Source: Camelus ferus
Lineage: Eukaryota
Reading direction: 5' to 3'
NCBI RefSeq assembly: GCF_009834535.1
Contig: NC_045697.1
Location: 111,230,001-111,294,000 of the forward strand
Length of the DNA stretch: 64,000 bases
Part shown: piece after piece, positions 38,578-52,354 of the stretch
How the letters are laid out: every line of letters starts with the position of its first letter
Numbering within the stretch: the first letter of the stretch is position 1
Position numbers and translations under genes: made by a program
The notes under the pieces: model-generated
The model's input: only the letters and a program-made list of their open reading frames with translations
What the model was told of the DNA's origin: nothing
The model's database searches: none

Positions 38578-41500
38578 GTGGGCATGATCCACCCCAGCGC
38601 TTCACTGATGTGAGGTTAACCTGGAGACAGATAAGTTTATTTCCTTTCCTACTGGATCTCAATTTAACACATTACTGAATCAGTTGTAAATAATGTATTA
38701 AAATGATCCTAAATATTTAATTTTTCTCCTAAGTTCCTTCATTTAGGGAAAAGTTAGTTTGATGACTCAGACCTCTATTTCTTCATATGTTCTCCCTTTT
38801 AAATATTTTTAAAGTTACCTTAAAGGTAATATTCAAAGCTAATTTGTTGCAACTGCAGACTGTATAACTTTTTTTCAAAAGACGATGTTTGCTACTATTA
38901 ATGAAGCTTCCACATTTTATAAGATGTGATAATTAAATTGCTTTTTAAAAATTTACATAAATGATATTTCACCTTCTCTTGAAAACCATCAAAGCATAAA
39001 AAGCAAATTCAACCCTATGCTTGCCATAAACAAGGTGACCTCAAGCATCACTTTTCAGGCTGCACCCAAGAGGGGTTTTATTTCTTCCTAATATTTCCTG
39101 TTGTGCCCGTACAAGACCCATTCAGATGTTGCCATTTCAGCACTCTTTTCCTGCCCAAGGACCATCTGAGCTCCCTCAGGATCTCCTGTAACATCAGAAT
39201 GTTAAGCCCAGCAGGGTTCCAGTATCACTCACCCTTCATGGTCCACGAACTATACTGTTGTTACAGGTTGGCATCGAAAGGGTAAGTAAGATTCACTAAT
39301 TCAATGGTCCTAAGCCCCAGTAGCAGGAACCCATTAAGAGACTCTCATGTCCTTTTAAGGAAACTATGCAGCTGGTCATTATTTGCTGCCCACAAAACCT
39401 ACCAGACCAGATTACAAGTCCTGTGAAAATTAAAACCGAAGTGACACTGCTTACAAACATTTTGAGATTGATATAAACAAAAGAGATTTACATGGCTTAA
39501 AATACTCTAAGCCAGAGAAATGTCTTTGTTCTTTAAAACAAAACCATGTCAAAATCTTCAGAAGGTAATCATATTGTTACTCTTATAAAGAATCTAAAAC
39601 AAGAAAAAAAGACAATTTCTCAGTCCAAATTTCTTCCATTATAAGAGGGCAAGGAGAGTTGTCATTGCTTCAAGGAGCTGGGTGTTATATTACTGATCTT
39701 TTGGGTGCGAATAGTTGAATCCAAATGAATGTGGACAGGGCAAAGCCAAGGGAACCTTCAAAGTAAAAACTGCCCCTGGCTTAGGCTCCCAGCAGATGGA
39801 GAGCAAAGATGAGAGGACAGGATGCTGTGCAGAACAAGCACACACCTCAGCACCACACTGCCCATCTCTCAAGCATCTGAGTATTTATTTTATGAGTAGG
39901 AACAACAGCTGGTCCCCGTTCCATTAAATGTCAGATATATGCCTGGAAAGATAATGTACCAGCAGAAATTAAATAGCATCCCATGGGTTCCTGATATCTG
40001 GTATAAAATATGTATTTTAATCAATCGATTTTCTTTTTTTCCCCTACGATTTATTAGCAAGGTAAATTACTACTATGTTTTAGGATGTTTATGAGCTCTA
40101 ACTTACACTGAGTAGATGTTTGGACCATAACCAAACTTCTAAATGTGTTTTTAAGATCCTTCTTTATTTGACCCCTTCTTACAGCTTAAGTTCTTCCCAG
40201 ACGCTTCCCCTTGACTCCAAGTTCCAGTAAATCTGAAATAATTTCAGGTTAGGAAGTGCTGTGTCTTCAAGGAAATCAACAAGAATTATAAGAAGTACAA
40301 CCAGAGCTACATACATGCGCCCACAGGACACCCAACCCAGCCTTAGGGGCGTTGAAGGACTCCCAGGGCAGATGTCTGGAGTAACGCTGAGATGTAACTA
40401 AAGGTCAGGCAATCGAGGTGGTGTGGACAAGTATTTGGCACAAAGAGAAGCCTGTGCAAATGCTTGGAGGTCAGATATTCCGAACAGACATTCCATTCCA
40501 TGGCTTATCCATCATTTCAATTTGTTCATGGTGTCTAAGAGCTAATTACTGTGGATAAATTTGAGATGAGTTCTCATTATGAGTTTTTCCGCACCTAGGT
40601 TCTCCTAAGTTCCACAAGTTTACTATGTCCATACCAATTACAGGAAAATAAGAATCAAGCTCACGAAAATTAAGAGTGGAATGATATACATATCATTTTG
40701 TAAACTGCCATCCCCGAAGTACAGTATTCTTCCTTCAGCTATAATGCCCGTCCCCATGTGCTCTGTTAATTGTATTTCACCCACTGTTAAATTGTTCTCA
40801 GTCTTCATCAGGTTGAAGGCATGCGGTCTCCATAAGACAAGTCCTAAAAGTAAACCTGGCTTTGAGCAGCTGTTTCTCTTCTGTAATCTTTTATATTTTG
40901 TACAATTTGGGTTCATGGATCTCCCTGACAATATCCTCATTAGAAAAACTAAATAAAAGCAAAGCAGGAACGATGTTAGTAACCACGTGTGCTGAAAGCG
41001 TGTCATCTCCCCACCTCCATCTCAGACTGATCCCTTGGCCTCATTCCCGAGTTCTTCTGGACATCCCGCAGGCTACTAGAGAAATATAGCAAATGAGAAC
41101 GTGGGAAAATATGGTCCTTCTTTAGCGATGTATACATGTGTGATACACATATGTGTTCAGGAAAGAAGGAGGCAGAACTAATTTCACATAAACCACAGTG
41201 GCACCACATCTGTTCTCCATAAATGTCAGTTAAGGAGGAGAATTAGCTTGGAGTTGGCCCAGAGACTAGAAACGTGTGTGTTCAATTCCTGGCACTTTCT
41301 TCTGATTCACAACGTGATGTGTCACAAATATCTCACCCTTTTGTCACTCAGTTTTCCTCTTCTGTTAAGAAGCAGTCAAGCCTTCTGGTCTCCATTCTTT
41401 CACTGCTTTGCTTCCTAATTTCTGTGTATAGTTTTCACTGGTTTCAGTAAGTGTTCTGCTTAGAGGGAAAAAGGAGATGCGTATGGAAGAAGAAAAAAAC

Positions 41501-42529
41501 GATACGGCTCCTTCTGGTTTGCAAACCTACTTGATGAAAGTCAGAATATAAGGTATGAGTATTGTCCATGTAAGTCTACTTTGAATGCCAAACTTTGATG
41601 CTGAAACATGCCCACATTTTTACCTATCACTTGAGGCATTTAGTTTTCACTCCAAAAGATAAAATACCATGTTACAGTTCTAGAAGTTTTGCTAGTAAAT
41701 ATCAACACCCTTCGATTTAATTTTCAACATATTTTCTTTGCTAAGACTCCAAAGACACAAAAACATGTATCAGTCCTTTTTTTCCAGTTCCAACAGTAAA
41801 TAACTTTTGATTCTAATGACCTTTATGTGCTGCCTGCCTGATGTTTAAAAAAAAATGTTTAAAAAAACGAAAATGAAAGTGAAAATCTGTGGCATGCATG
41901 CTCTTCTTCAGAAGAGCTCAAAGAACTCTATAAATACCCTTCAGCTATCTCTGGTTTTCTAATTTAAAATGATGTATCATGCAAAACTTACAAACAATTA
42001 TTTCCTGTAAAATTACTTCCCATACAAAGTTTAGTATCTGCTCTTATAAGTCATTTCCCACAGATTCTGAATCATTTGGAGAGTAGTTACGTATCTGTGT
42101 GTAGCTAAATGAACTAACTGTCTTTAACTCCTGATTCATCATGCCCTCATTCTATTTTTATATTTCCCCCAAATTTCAGTGTCAGCAGGGAGCAAGGTCA
42201 TGAATAAACAGTCTCCAAACCTATAGCTTTATTGTTTGTTTCCCCAAAGAGACTTCTGCATCTTTTCTCCACTTAAGTGTCTCTTATTTAAGTTCTAAGC
42301 CATATGGTTATGCCAAGCAAAATATACAGAATCTTAAAGCCGGAAGATCTCAAAGTTGACTAGTCTCAACCTCATAACTAATGCAGGGATTATCCTTTTA
42401 GAGTCCCTGGCAGGTAGTGCAGACTGAACAGTTCCAGGACAGAGAGCCCACTAAATCACAAGGAAGCCAACTTCTTCCCAAATTAAGACTTTTTACTTGC
42501 CCTTCCAGTGCGTGATGGCAACGACCTTC

Positions 42530-42790
42530 CTCTGGCCTTTGCATAACTTGCTCCCTAAATACATTCAAGTCTCTGCTGTAATGTCAGCTTCTTAACAAGG
42601 CCTTATCCTCTTATCCATCTTTATTTCTCTCCACAATATTTACTGCTACCTATATTACACTATAGGTGTATTTGTTGATTTGTTGATTATTTGATGCAGC
42701 ACAGGATATAAGCTCCAAGAAAGCAGGGACTGTATCTTAGTACCACAGTATCCTAGGCCCCGAGAGTAATGCCTTGTATATAATGTCGGT
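42530..42790 (+). mobile_element. L2 3' end fragment
   Basis: atataagctccaagaaagcagggactgtatcttagt...cagtatcctaggccc. Confidence 0.7.
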
Positions 42791-43816
42791 ACCAGGGATT
42801 GCACCCCTGTCAAGCATCTCATTCCTGTCCAGGTCTGTGGGAACGCATGAGCCAGAGAGGATGCTGGCTTCAAGAAGAGCCTGGCTTTCTGGCATTGTTC
42901 TCGGCTTTTCAGGAACCTCTTTCTCCTCAGTCCCCAGCCTCCTCTAGGAGCGTCCAAGAAAACCCAGGCTCCTGATGGCTTACACAGCTGGGCTGACTGC
43001 TCTGGTTCTATAGTCAGCACCCTTTAATGTCTATGGCTTTTGGGGTGGTGGCAGATCCCAAAAAATGCCTTCAGATTGCTCTTCCTAAGTTTGGTTCTAT
43101 ACTCAACCCGAGCATATGTCTTTTATTTCATAGCTAAACAAATCATGGACTCTGAAACTCTGTCTTGGAGAATATGTGAGCCACATACAATTTCTTGGCT
43201 TTTTTTAGTGTGTGTGTGAGTTGGGGGAATTAGAGCGAGCAGTTCGTGTTTAGAGCTTCAGAGGAGTAAGTCAGAGGATGTAGAAAATAATATAAGCAAA
43301 TTTTATGTACATGAGAATATTCTGGAAGGACATACAGGAAACTGTCAACAACAGTTGCCTTTCGACAAGAAGACCAGGAATTGAAGAGATTATTTATTAT
43401 GCATATTCTCATTCTATTTGAATGTGTTCTGTTCACTCATTTTTATTTACATATTTAATTCTTTCAATTAACAGTTAAAATAAGCTTAAAGAATAATGGT
43501 TACTCAAAAGGAGCCCAGTGCTGGTTTGACTTAAGAGGAAAATAGACAAGTTCATTGGTGTGATTCTATGTCAATTAGAGCTAAAGTGACAAGCCACCTC
43601 TGTATAAAGGAGCATTTCTTCTTCATTCAGATAAAACCTTGTCAAGCACTCTCCTGAGTCCTGTAAAGATTCTTACAAAATACATCACACCGTTTTTTGT
43701 CCCCCAGGCAGCAGAGATGTGACAGAGAGGTGAACAAAAAGTAAAAGTTAAAGCAGTTAGTGGTTAAATGCCAGAGTCTCATTTGCGGCATTAAAGGCCC
43801 AGTAGTTGGAGTACAC

Positions 43817-44250
43817 TGCTGTGAGTTGAATTGTGCCCCCTCCCCCGAGTATATGCTGGCTTTCTAACCCCCGGTACCTCAGAGCGTGGAGACAGGGTCT
43901 TTACAGAGTAATCAAGTTAAAACGAGGTCGTTAGGGCTGGCCCTAATCCTGTATGACTCGCATCCTTATAAAAAGGGGAAATTTGGACACTGGTTTGACT
44001 GACACCCTAAAGACAAGATCGTCTATAGACACCGGGAGAGAACTGTCTTCAAGCCAAGAGACGCCTGAGGCAGCAGAAGCTGAGAGCGAGACCTGGAAGA
44101 CCTTCTCCCCCACAGCCCTCAGAAGGAGCCAACTCTGCCGGCACCTCGATTCAGTCTTCTAGCTCCCAGAACTGGGAGACAACAAATTCTTGCTCTTTAA
44201 GCCACCCAATTTGTGGTCCTTGGTTACAGCAGCCCTACAAAACTAATATA
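43817..44250 (+). mobile_element. MaLR solo LTR (MLT1B-like)
   Basis: gagttgaattgtgcccc...gtaatcaagttaaaacgaggtc...cagcagccctacaaaactaata; 5-bp flanks tacac/ttcac. Confidence 0.9.
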
Positions 44251-44388
44251 TTCACATAAATTTGATAACAGGTAAAAAGCAAGTGAACCCATCCTTCCTA
44301 CCCAATCACAAACTAGCCTTCCAAATAGAAAGAATAGAAAGCTATGTAGGTAAAATCCAAGTGTGCTCATTGTAACTTCCTTTCTCAT

Positions 44389-44597
44389 CAGTGGTTGTCC
44401 ATCAGAGGAGCTATGACATCCAGGGGACATTTGGCAACATTTGGAAACATTTTGGTCGTCCCAACAGGGGAGTTGCTCCTGGAATCTGATGGGTCTCATA
44501 GCCAAGGAGGCTGCTAAACACCCTACGATACATGAGACAGCCCTCCACCCAAAGATCCATCTGGTCCCAAAGGTCAAAGGTGCTGATTGACAAGCTG
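44389..44597 (+). mobile_element. MER20 (hAT-Charlie) DNA transposon
   Basis: CAG...CTG termini; ccaggggacatttggcaa; 8-bp TSD tttctcat/tttctgat. Confidence 0.9.
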
Positions 44598-47500
44598 TTT
44601 CTGATCATCTTAGACCAAAATTTTCTATATACATAATGTATTCTTATTTTCATTCCACAAATAGTTGAATGTCTACTATATTTCATGTGCACAGAAAAGG
44701 ACATTTACAAAAACATGTATTTGTTTAGTATCATGAACACCATACACAACAAAAAGTGACTCTTCTGTAAGCACCATGCCCCTGTCTTCTTCCTGCCCCC
44801 CGCCCCCCGTTTATTTAGCTATTGGGACGTTCATTATTCTTCTTCAGGTTTGCAATCTGGTTAAAGTAATACACCACTCCCTCCCTCCTCGTTATACCGT
44901 CTAAGTCGTCTCTAATAGAGTAGCACCTGCTCAGATGAGGGTTTACACTTCCTTTTACTGTAAAGCCTGTGGGAGGTGAACCAGGCTGAGAGGAAACAAG
45001 CCAACAGACAAGATGCTGCTGTGCTCGGATCTGATGGGGCTGAGGCCGCATATTCTGCGGTTTCTCTCCAACGGTCTGTGCAGTCTTTCCAGTATAGTAT
45101 GATTGTCTTCCTGTTCCATCAAGGGATTAAAGCCCTTTTTTCTCCATTTGAAATGTGTCTAAATCCTTTTATTCAACTGTCAAAAAAGTAAAATACTGAT
45201 TCTTTTCTTTAAAGACTGTGTAATGTGTTAATAGATCTTTTTTTTTTCCTTTGATGAGTTTGAATTCAAATCCCAAATTGAGATAGCTAGTGAAAAGATG
45301 TCTTGTGGTTTCATATAAATGCCTGATGGTCTTTTATCCACACTATCCATTGTATGTTTGAACTTGATGGACAGTTTTTCTTAAAAAGAAAAAAAAAAAA
45401 AACAGAGCAAGTTCTAAATTACTCCAAAGATCGGGATGAAATGCATTGGCAGCTTCACTCCATGTCTATTAGCATTACTCGTTTATTCATTTATTCACCA
45501 TACCTGAGAACGCTGTCATATGGTCTTTGACCAGGGGAAATCTGTCTGAATAGTTCAGGCTCCTGATAAAAGGGATCATTTTTTCCTACATAGATGTCTT
45601 AAAGCCATTTCCCAATTCACAATAACTCTAAATTGATGCGTGTAAATGTAAAACTTCATAGCTGAATGGTTTGTTGAAGACAAAAGAAATTATGTGCATT
45701 TAAAACCATAACTGTGGAACAAGCATTACCCGTACTGCACACAACAAAACGGAGAATAAACAAGATCTTGCCACCTTATGCCACATTTTAGTTGAATATT
45801 ATGCCATTTTTAAGTATGTGATCATAAAACTTAAAGGGAGCTTGACAGGCAGAGCTCAATGGGAAGTTTGCAATCCCCAGAGGCAGGAAGTCCACATCTT
45901 TCTGCTGTATATTTGCTGAAAACCTGAAATGCTGTAAATAAAGGAAAAGAAAAAACTTAAAGCATCTCCTAGAAAAAAGTTTATATATGTCTGTGTTTTT
46001 TGCTGTTTCTTTTTCCTTTTTTTTTTTTTTTTTTTACTTCTTGCCTCCCAGGAACACAAGATACTTGGGTCTTCTGTCAAATACCAATCTTGCTTCTAAA
46101 AAACAGGGCTTCCTTGGAGAAAAGAATGAAATCCTTTCACCAGCAAAGAGTCAGGAATAAACTGAAGGATGCTAGAGATGTGTGGAGTATAAGCTTCAAT
46201 ATGAATGCTGTCAGCATAAGTTAAGTGTAGTTAGTAATAGAGAAATAGCAGTAGCACCAGAAAGACAGAGTTATTTCCAGGCTGAGAAAATAAAAAGACA
46301 ACACTGTGTAGTGCAAAGCATGGAGAGGGAGTCTGTGCAGAAAAGAAATGGGCAGAGATTTTATTGTTGCACAGGACACAGAGCATGACTGTAAGAAAGG
46401 GAGAGTTCTAAAGAAAAAATGTCAACCACAAATAAAAACCATGGGACAAAGGGGTCATGGATGTATGAGGAGTCACAGCAGAGACAGTGAAGTCTTGTTA
46501 AAGGAACTGGGGTTGAATAGAAATTAAATGAACCTCAAAAGGAGTCTGAAAGCACCCTCTGACACAGAAGCAACAATAGATAAAGATACACAGGTCACAA
46601 AAGCAACTTTGAGGCATTGGCACAGCCAACGGGGTTTATTCCACTAATAATAGGAGGTAGAGAATGACTATAAATTCCCTGATGAGAAGGGACTGGTGAT
46701 TTAAAACTAAACTGACACTGCTATAATCTGGCTCTAATTTACTCTTATATTTAAATAAAATTCTTAGTCAATTTGATTATTATCAAATTATCCCTTTTAA
46801 TTAAAGTAACACATATAATTCCTAAGCAGTGTAGCATCTGAAGGAGTCCTCCAGTGGACTCTGTGGATGAAAATGATGCAGGCAGGTAACCACGCTACTT
46901 CAATTAATTCTGCTTACACCCTTATCTAATTATTAGAGATAAAAGAACAGACGGAGGCATGACCAGTACCCCGGAATGGATGGTTGCCTGACAGTATTTT
47001 TTCCACTTGATGACCTCCCTTCTGTAGAAGGTAATGAACTCTTAAGCACTCAGAGAGGTGGAGCTGATCTGCTCATTCCTGTCTCACCCTGCTCCACATC
47101 TCCCTCATCTCTGTTTGAGACTGTCAAGAATTGCTCAGGGGCAGCTGACAGCCTGTGTATTATTTCTGGCATGACACTCAGAGCCACGTGGAAAAGTTCC
47201 ATACTGGGCTCTATGTAGCCAATGGAAGCATTCTTGGGCAAATATTTTACAGTCCTGCAGGGCTGGTTTCACAGCAGCTATTTATTCATTCATTCATCTC
47301 ATATTTATTGAGTTAAAAACCTATGAGCTGGCAGATACTGAGCAGTTTTTCTTGCCCACCTGAGATCTGGGTTAAATTCTAAATGCATCTCCTCTAGGTT
47401 CCAAAAACTAAAGATTAGCATAACCTAAATCCTGCTGACATTTAGAGGTAGGAATAATCACATCTAAGTGGGAAGTCCAGGAAGGCATCGTGGAAGAACT

Positions 47501-48283
47501 AGAATTGGAATTGGTTGGAAGTGCCTCAAAAGGCAGAGATGTTAGGGAAACTAATTCCTGCATGTTACATGTAGGATGAATGTGAAAATCAAAAGTACAA
47601 TGTTTAGAGAACAAACGATGAAGCAGGCACTGTACTGTGGGGAAGGCAGAAGAGATTACACTGTCAAAGTGGGTGGTCCTAACAAAGGAAGCCACGCCCC
47701 CTCCAAGGGAGTCTGAATCCCATAGAGAAGGCAATGAAGAGCCAGGGAAGGCTCCTGAGCAAAAGAGCACATTTAGTTGGAAAAATTTTAACAGTATTTT
47801 GAATTGACTGGCAAGGACATCTGCAGATACAAAACTCAGTTAGTAGCATATTCTAACCATCTAGGTATACATTCTATTGGAAATGAGAAGTGAACAATTA
47901 GCTTAAAAGCTGCTGATGGCAAGATCATTACTCTTTATATCCAGGGTACCTATGGCACATTACACGTTATATACAGGCACAAATGTTTGGCTAATAAGCA
48001 AAGATCTGGGATGCAAATCAGCAATATGCACCGAACAGTGAAAACCAAAGAAAAGTCAATGCCAGGTGCTATGGCATAGTTAAGAACTGGTAAATGACCA
48101 GGGGATCTTACAAAAAGAATGTAACTGGTGACAACATAGAGAATAAAATAAGGGTTTAATCAGTGGGTGGCAGAAAACAAGGGGCAGAGTCCCAACTCCT
48201 ATCTTAAGAAAATTGAAAGTGAAATTTAAAAAGAGAGACTTTGGTAAGAGGTAAATAATGATTCTTTTCCCAAAACTAACCAC

Positions 48284-48405
48284 TTTTTATTGAAGTCTAG
48301 TTGATTTACAATGTTGTGTTAATTTCAAGTGCACAGCAAAGTGATTCAATTATACTACCTATATGTGTATGTGTATATTCTTTTTCAGATTCTTATCCAT
48401 TAAGT
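48284..48405 (-). mobile_element. Short L1 3' tip
   Basis: tttttattgaagtctagttgatttacaatgttgtgttaatttca. Confidence 0.8.
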
Positions 48406-49271
48406 AATGAATTTTTAAAAGACTTTGTCTTTCAAAAAGGTACCTGAGAAGGATTTACTTAATGAGAGAATATCAAGTATTCAGGGACCATGACACCTCC
48501 AGCAAGAGAGTAATTAACTAGATTAAACTGAATAGATACAATCCAGCAATGAATATTTGCTAAGCACCACTATAAACTGAAAACTATGCCAAGCAATGGA
48601 GATATGAAGATGAAAATTAACAGTTTCTGCCCCCACAGAATTTATAATCACAGGGAGACTCAGATAGGACCAACAGAAAATTATGATGCAATAATGACTT
48701 TAATTAAGGCAGGTACCAATTGTAGTAAGAGCAGAGGTGGAAGCAAAGAGCACCTAGGGAAGTTTTAGAAGGTTCTGTGCATCCATTTTCACTTTTTGCA
48801 ATTAAATGAGCTCTTATAATACTTCTGCAGAATCACCCCGCTCCGCCAAGTCCACATGGTTTGATAAGATTGACCAAGATCTTCAGCTGTACGATAGGCA
48901 TACAGTCCTGGGCCAGCCAATCAGAATAACACATCCTCCAGTAATTAATTTGGGGATAGGCATGTGACCCAATCTAAGCCAACCAAAATTCTTCACAGAA
49001 TATTATTTAAAGATTAAGGATTAAGAAAGAGCCACTTTCTCTTTTTAAAATGCCTCAGGCCAGAACCAAGCAAGCCTTGAACCAAGGGCTTCCCTTTGCA
49101 GCACAAGAGAAGAGCTTGTTCAATACTGAAGTCAACCAAGAGGAATAAAGACCCAACAAAAAGAAAAGAAGATAATGAAAAGGAAAGATTCCTAATGCAT
49201 TTTTAGGACCCTTGTAACTTTGCCCAGCATGATTAGGAGTAACTATCCAAACTCATTATACTCATTAGTTT

Positions 49272-49697
49272 GACAAAAGTGTTCTAACATATTGTTAAGG
49301 ACTAAATGTTTGTGTCCTACCCCCCCAAATTCATATGTTGAAGCCCCAGCTGTCAATGTAGTGGTGTTTGGAGATGGGGCCTTTGGGAAATAATTTGAGT
49401 TGGGTGAGGCCACGAGGAAGAGTCCTGGTCTGATGGGATTGGTGCTCTTATGAGAAGCACAGCAGAGGGCTTGCTCTCTCTCTCTTTCTCTCCCTACACA
49501 CAACAAGGAGAGGCCACGTAAGGACACAGCAAGAAGGCAGCCACCTGCAGCCCAAGGAAAGAACTCTCACAGGACACCAACCCTGCTAGAAGTTTGAACT
49601 TGGACTTCCAGTCTCCAGAACTGTGAGAAATAAATTCCTGTCGTTTAAACCATCCAATCTATGGTATTTTGTTATGGCAGCCTTAAGTGACTAAGAT
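49272..49697 (+). mobile_element. MaLR solo LTR (MLT1A-like)
   Basis: ccaaattcatatgttgaagccc...ttggacttccagtctccagaactgtgagaaataaatt...ggcagcc. Confidence 0.9.
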
Positions 49698-49949
49698 AAG
49701 CATCAAATACATGGTCACCCAGAACCTTACCTGTTATAACTATTTGCTTAGCAGCATCAGGTGATCTTTGCATATTTCTATTGCAAGATCATGCCATGGC
49801 CTGTCAGTACTCTCTTTACTACTAGAAATACAGTCATTAGTGCCTTTAAATCTAATAAGGTTATAGAACCAAGTTCAGAAAGCTGAGAACCAATTCAGAA
49901 AACTCATCCTTAAGATTCTACTTCTCTAGAACCACCCTCAGTACCAAAA

Positions 49950-50353
49950 TAGAGGGGAGAGAGAGAGATTTTAAGGAACCGTCTTAAACAACTTTAGGAG
50001 CTAGCAAGTTGGAAATTTGTGTGGCAGGATGTCAGGCTAGAAATTCAGGCAAGAGTTGATGTTGCAGTTTGAGTCTGAATTCCACAGAGCAAAGGACTGG
50101 AAGCTCAGGCAAGGTTTCTATGTTGCAGTCTTAAGAGAAATTTCTTCTAGAGACTACAGTCTTTGCTCTTGAGGCCTTCAACTGAATGGATGAGGTTTAT
50201 CAACTAGGGAATATAATCTGCTTTACTTAAAGTCTACTGATTTGAATGTTAATCACATCTAAAAAATACTTCCACAGCAACTTCTAGACTGTGCTTGACC
50301 AAACAACTGGACACAATAGCCCAGCCAAGTCCACACATAAAATTAACCATCAC
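49950..50353 (-). mobile_element. ERVL LTR (MLT2D-like)
   Basis: ctgctttacttaaagtctactgatttgaatgttaatcacatctaaaaaatac...cataaaattaaccatcac. Confidence 0.88.
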
Positions 50354-51450
50354 CTCTGCACAAAGACCTTGAACGCAAATATTCGTATCAGCTTTATTCA
50401 CAATAATTCCAAACTGGAAGCAACTCAAATGCCCATAAGTAGGTAAAGAGATAAACAAATTGTGTATATCCATTCAATGAAATGTTGCTCAATAATAACA
50501 AGGACAAACTATTGATGTAAACAACATAAATGACTCTCAAAATCATTATGCTGAATAAAAAGCCAAACCAAAAAAGAGTACACAGTGTATGATTCCATTT
50601 AATGAAATTCCAAAAAATTCAATCTATAGTGACAGAAAATGGTAGAGTAGTACTTGCCAGGGAAAGAAGGTGGAAGGATGAATGAATTCTAAAGGGACAT
50701 GAGAAAAATTGGGGTGGGGGGTGATGGAAATGCCAATTATCTTGGTTGGGGTGATTCATGGTGTACATATGTCACGGTTCATTGTGGTAAACAGCACCTA
50801 AGATGTCCCCGTATTCATGCCCTTGTGGAATCCTCTTTGCTTAAGTGTGAGCGGCATTTAGTGACTCATTTTTTTTAATTGAGGCATAGTTGACATAAAA
50901 CATACTAGAGTTTCAGGTGTATAGTAACTCACTTTTAGTGAATAAAATGTGGTAGAAATGATGGGTTGTCACTTCGAAGATTAGGTTACAAAAAACAACT
51001 ATGGTTTCAGCCTGAAACATTTCCTCTCTCTTCTCTCTCTCTCTCTCTCAAACCTTGCTCTGGGGAAAGCAAGCTGCCATGAAGAGGTTCACATGGCAAG
51101 CGACTGATATCTTCAGCCAACATCCCATATGAGTGAACTTGGAAAGGGATCTCTGAAGTCTGCCAACAGCCATGGGAGTGAGTTTCAAAGCGGATCCACC
51201 CTCTGTTACACACTGAGATGATTGTAACTCTGGCCAACGTTTTGATTTCAGCCAGAGTACTCAGCTCAGCCATTTCCAGATTCCCAATCCACAAAAACAG
51301 TGAGGTAATGAATGTTTGTTGTTTAAAACCACTATGTTTTGAGGTAATTTGTTATGAAGTAATAGATAACTCACAAACTTATCAGATTGTACCTTTTAAA
51401 CATGTGTGGAGCTTATTGCACATCAATTAAGCCTCAGTAAAGCTGAAAAG
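50354..51450 (+). mobile_element. Old L1 (MB/MC) 3' end interrupted by an MLT1 LTR
   Basis: cagctttattcacaataattccaaactggaagcaactcaaatg...; resumes at about 51376 with aacttatcagattgtacct. Confidence 0.8.
50783..51375 (+). mobile_element. MaLR LTR (MLT1E/F-like) containing a 53-bp L1 tip
   Basis: tgtggtaaacagc...attcatgcccttgtggaatcc...tttgaggtaatttgttatgaagtaatagataact. Confidence 0.85.
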
Positions 51451-51600
51451 AAAGAAAAAAGAGAAAGAAAAGAAGGGAAGGAAGAGGGAGGAAAAGAAAG
51501 AGATAGGAGAAAATGAGGGAGAGGGAGGTAGAGAGGGAGAGATAAAGGGAAGGAGAGAGATATGCCGGGAGGGAGGGAGAGAGAAGGAAGAAAGAAGCCA
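51445..51600. repeat. Polypurine (GA-rich) low-complexity tract
   Basis: About 150 bp of almost pure A/G following the L1 tail. Confidence 0.9.
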
Positions 51601-52354
51601 TGAGGCTAGAACAATCATTAATGGCAAGAATGAGGAATGGGCAGGAAGAATATGATATGGGTACTTAATGTTCTTGATAAATATTTCATTGTCCAGTTTA
51701 TTGGAAAGGAAAGTGGAAGCTTATCTGCTTGGAATACTCAAGTTTTAAAAAGGAGTAGTTTAGAACAAAAAATCAAGTGTAAAGTCTTAGAAACAGCACT
51801 AGGCAACTGAGAAAATGGCTGCCCCGACTTCCTGACTCATGATCCATTGGAAAGAAAGACAGGAGAATCCTCCACTGAGATGACTTCTTGGGGGAAATCA
51901 AAGGTAGGCATCACTTAAGACAAGAATGTTGTGAAAAGAACTGAAGGTGCCAAGAAGCATGGACTCCAATGGGCACAGAGGAAATGGTTTGGTGGAAGAA
52001 TATCAGTAGAAAGATGTATTTAGGGGAAGAATTGCACAGCAATATTTGAATTTGATTGCAGGAAAAGAACTGTTACTTACAGCTTGAATCTGGGTTAGAG
52101 ACAAGAAGTAAGAAAATGAAATATCCAAATTGAGCAATAGGCAAAATCTGTTATGATCAAGGGTAGAGTGGAGGATTTAATAGCAAGAATTAAGAGAGTC
52201 ACATTTTCCTCTAAAACCAGCATAGATTGTAAATACAAAATGGACTTAATATCCAAAGACATTTTTACGTCACTGAGAGGGAACTGAAGACAAGTGGGAA
52301 TTCAGAAGCTAGAAACTAAAAACTTAATCTACATGAGTTTACTCATGTCTATTC

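Noticed and set aside
41464..41552. Plus-strand exon candidate (cttAG ... AAG|GTATGA)
   Set aside because: Isolated, moderate sites and no recognisable product
49725..49825. Minus-strand donor CAG|GTAAGG
   Set aside because: Sits between repeats with a weak acceptor; compatible with chance
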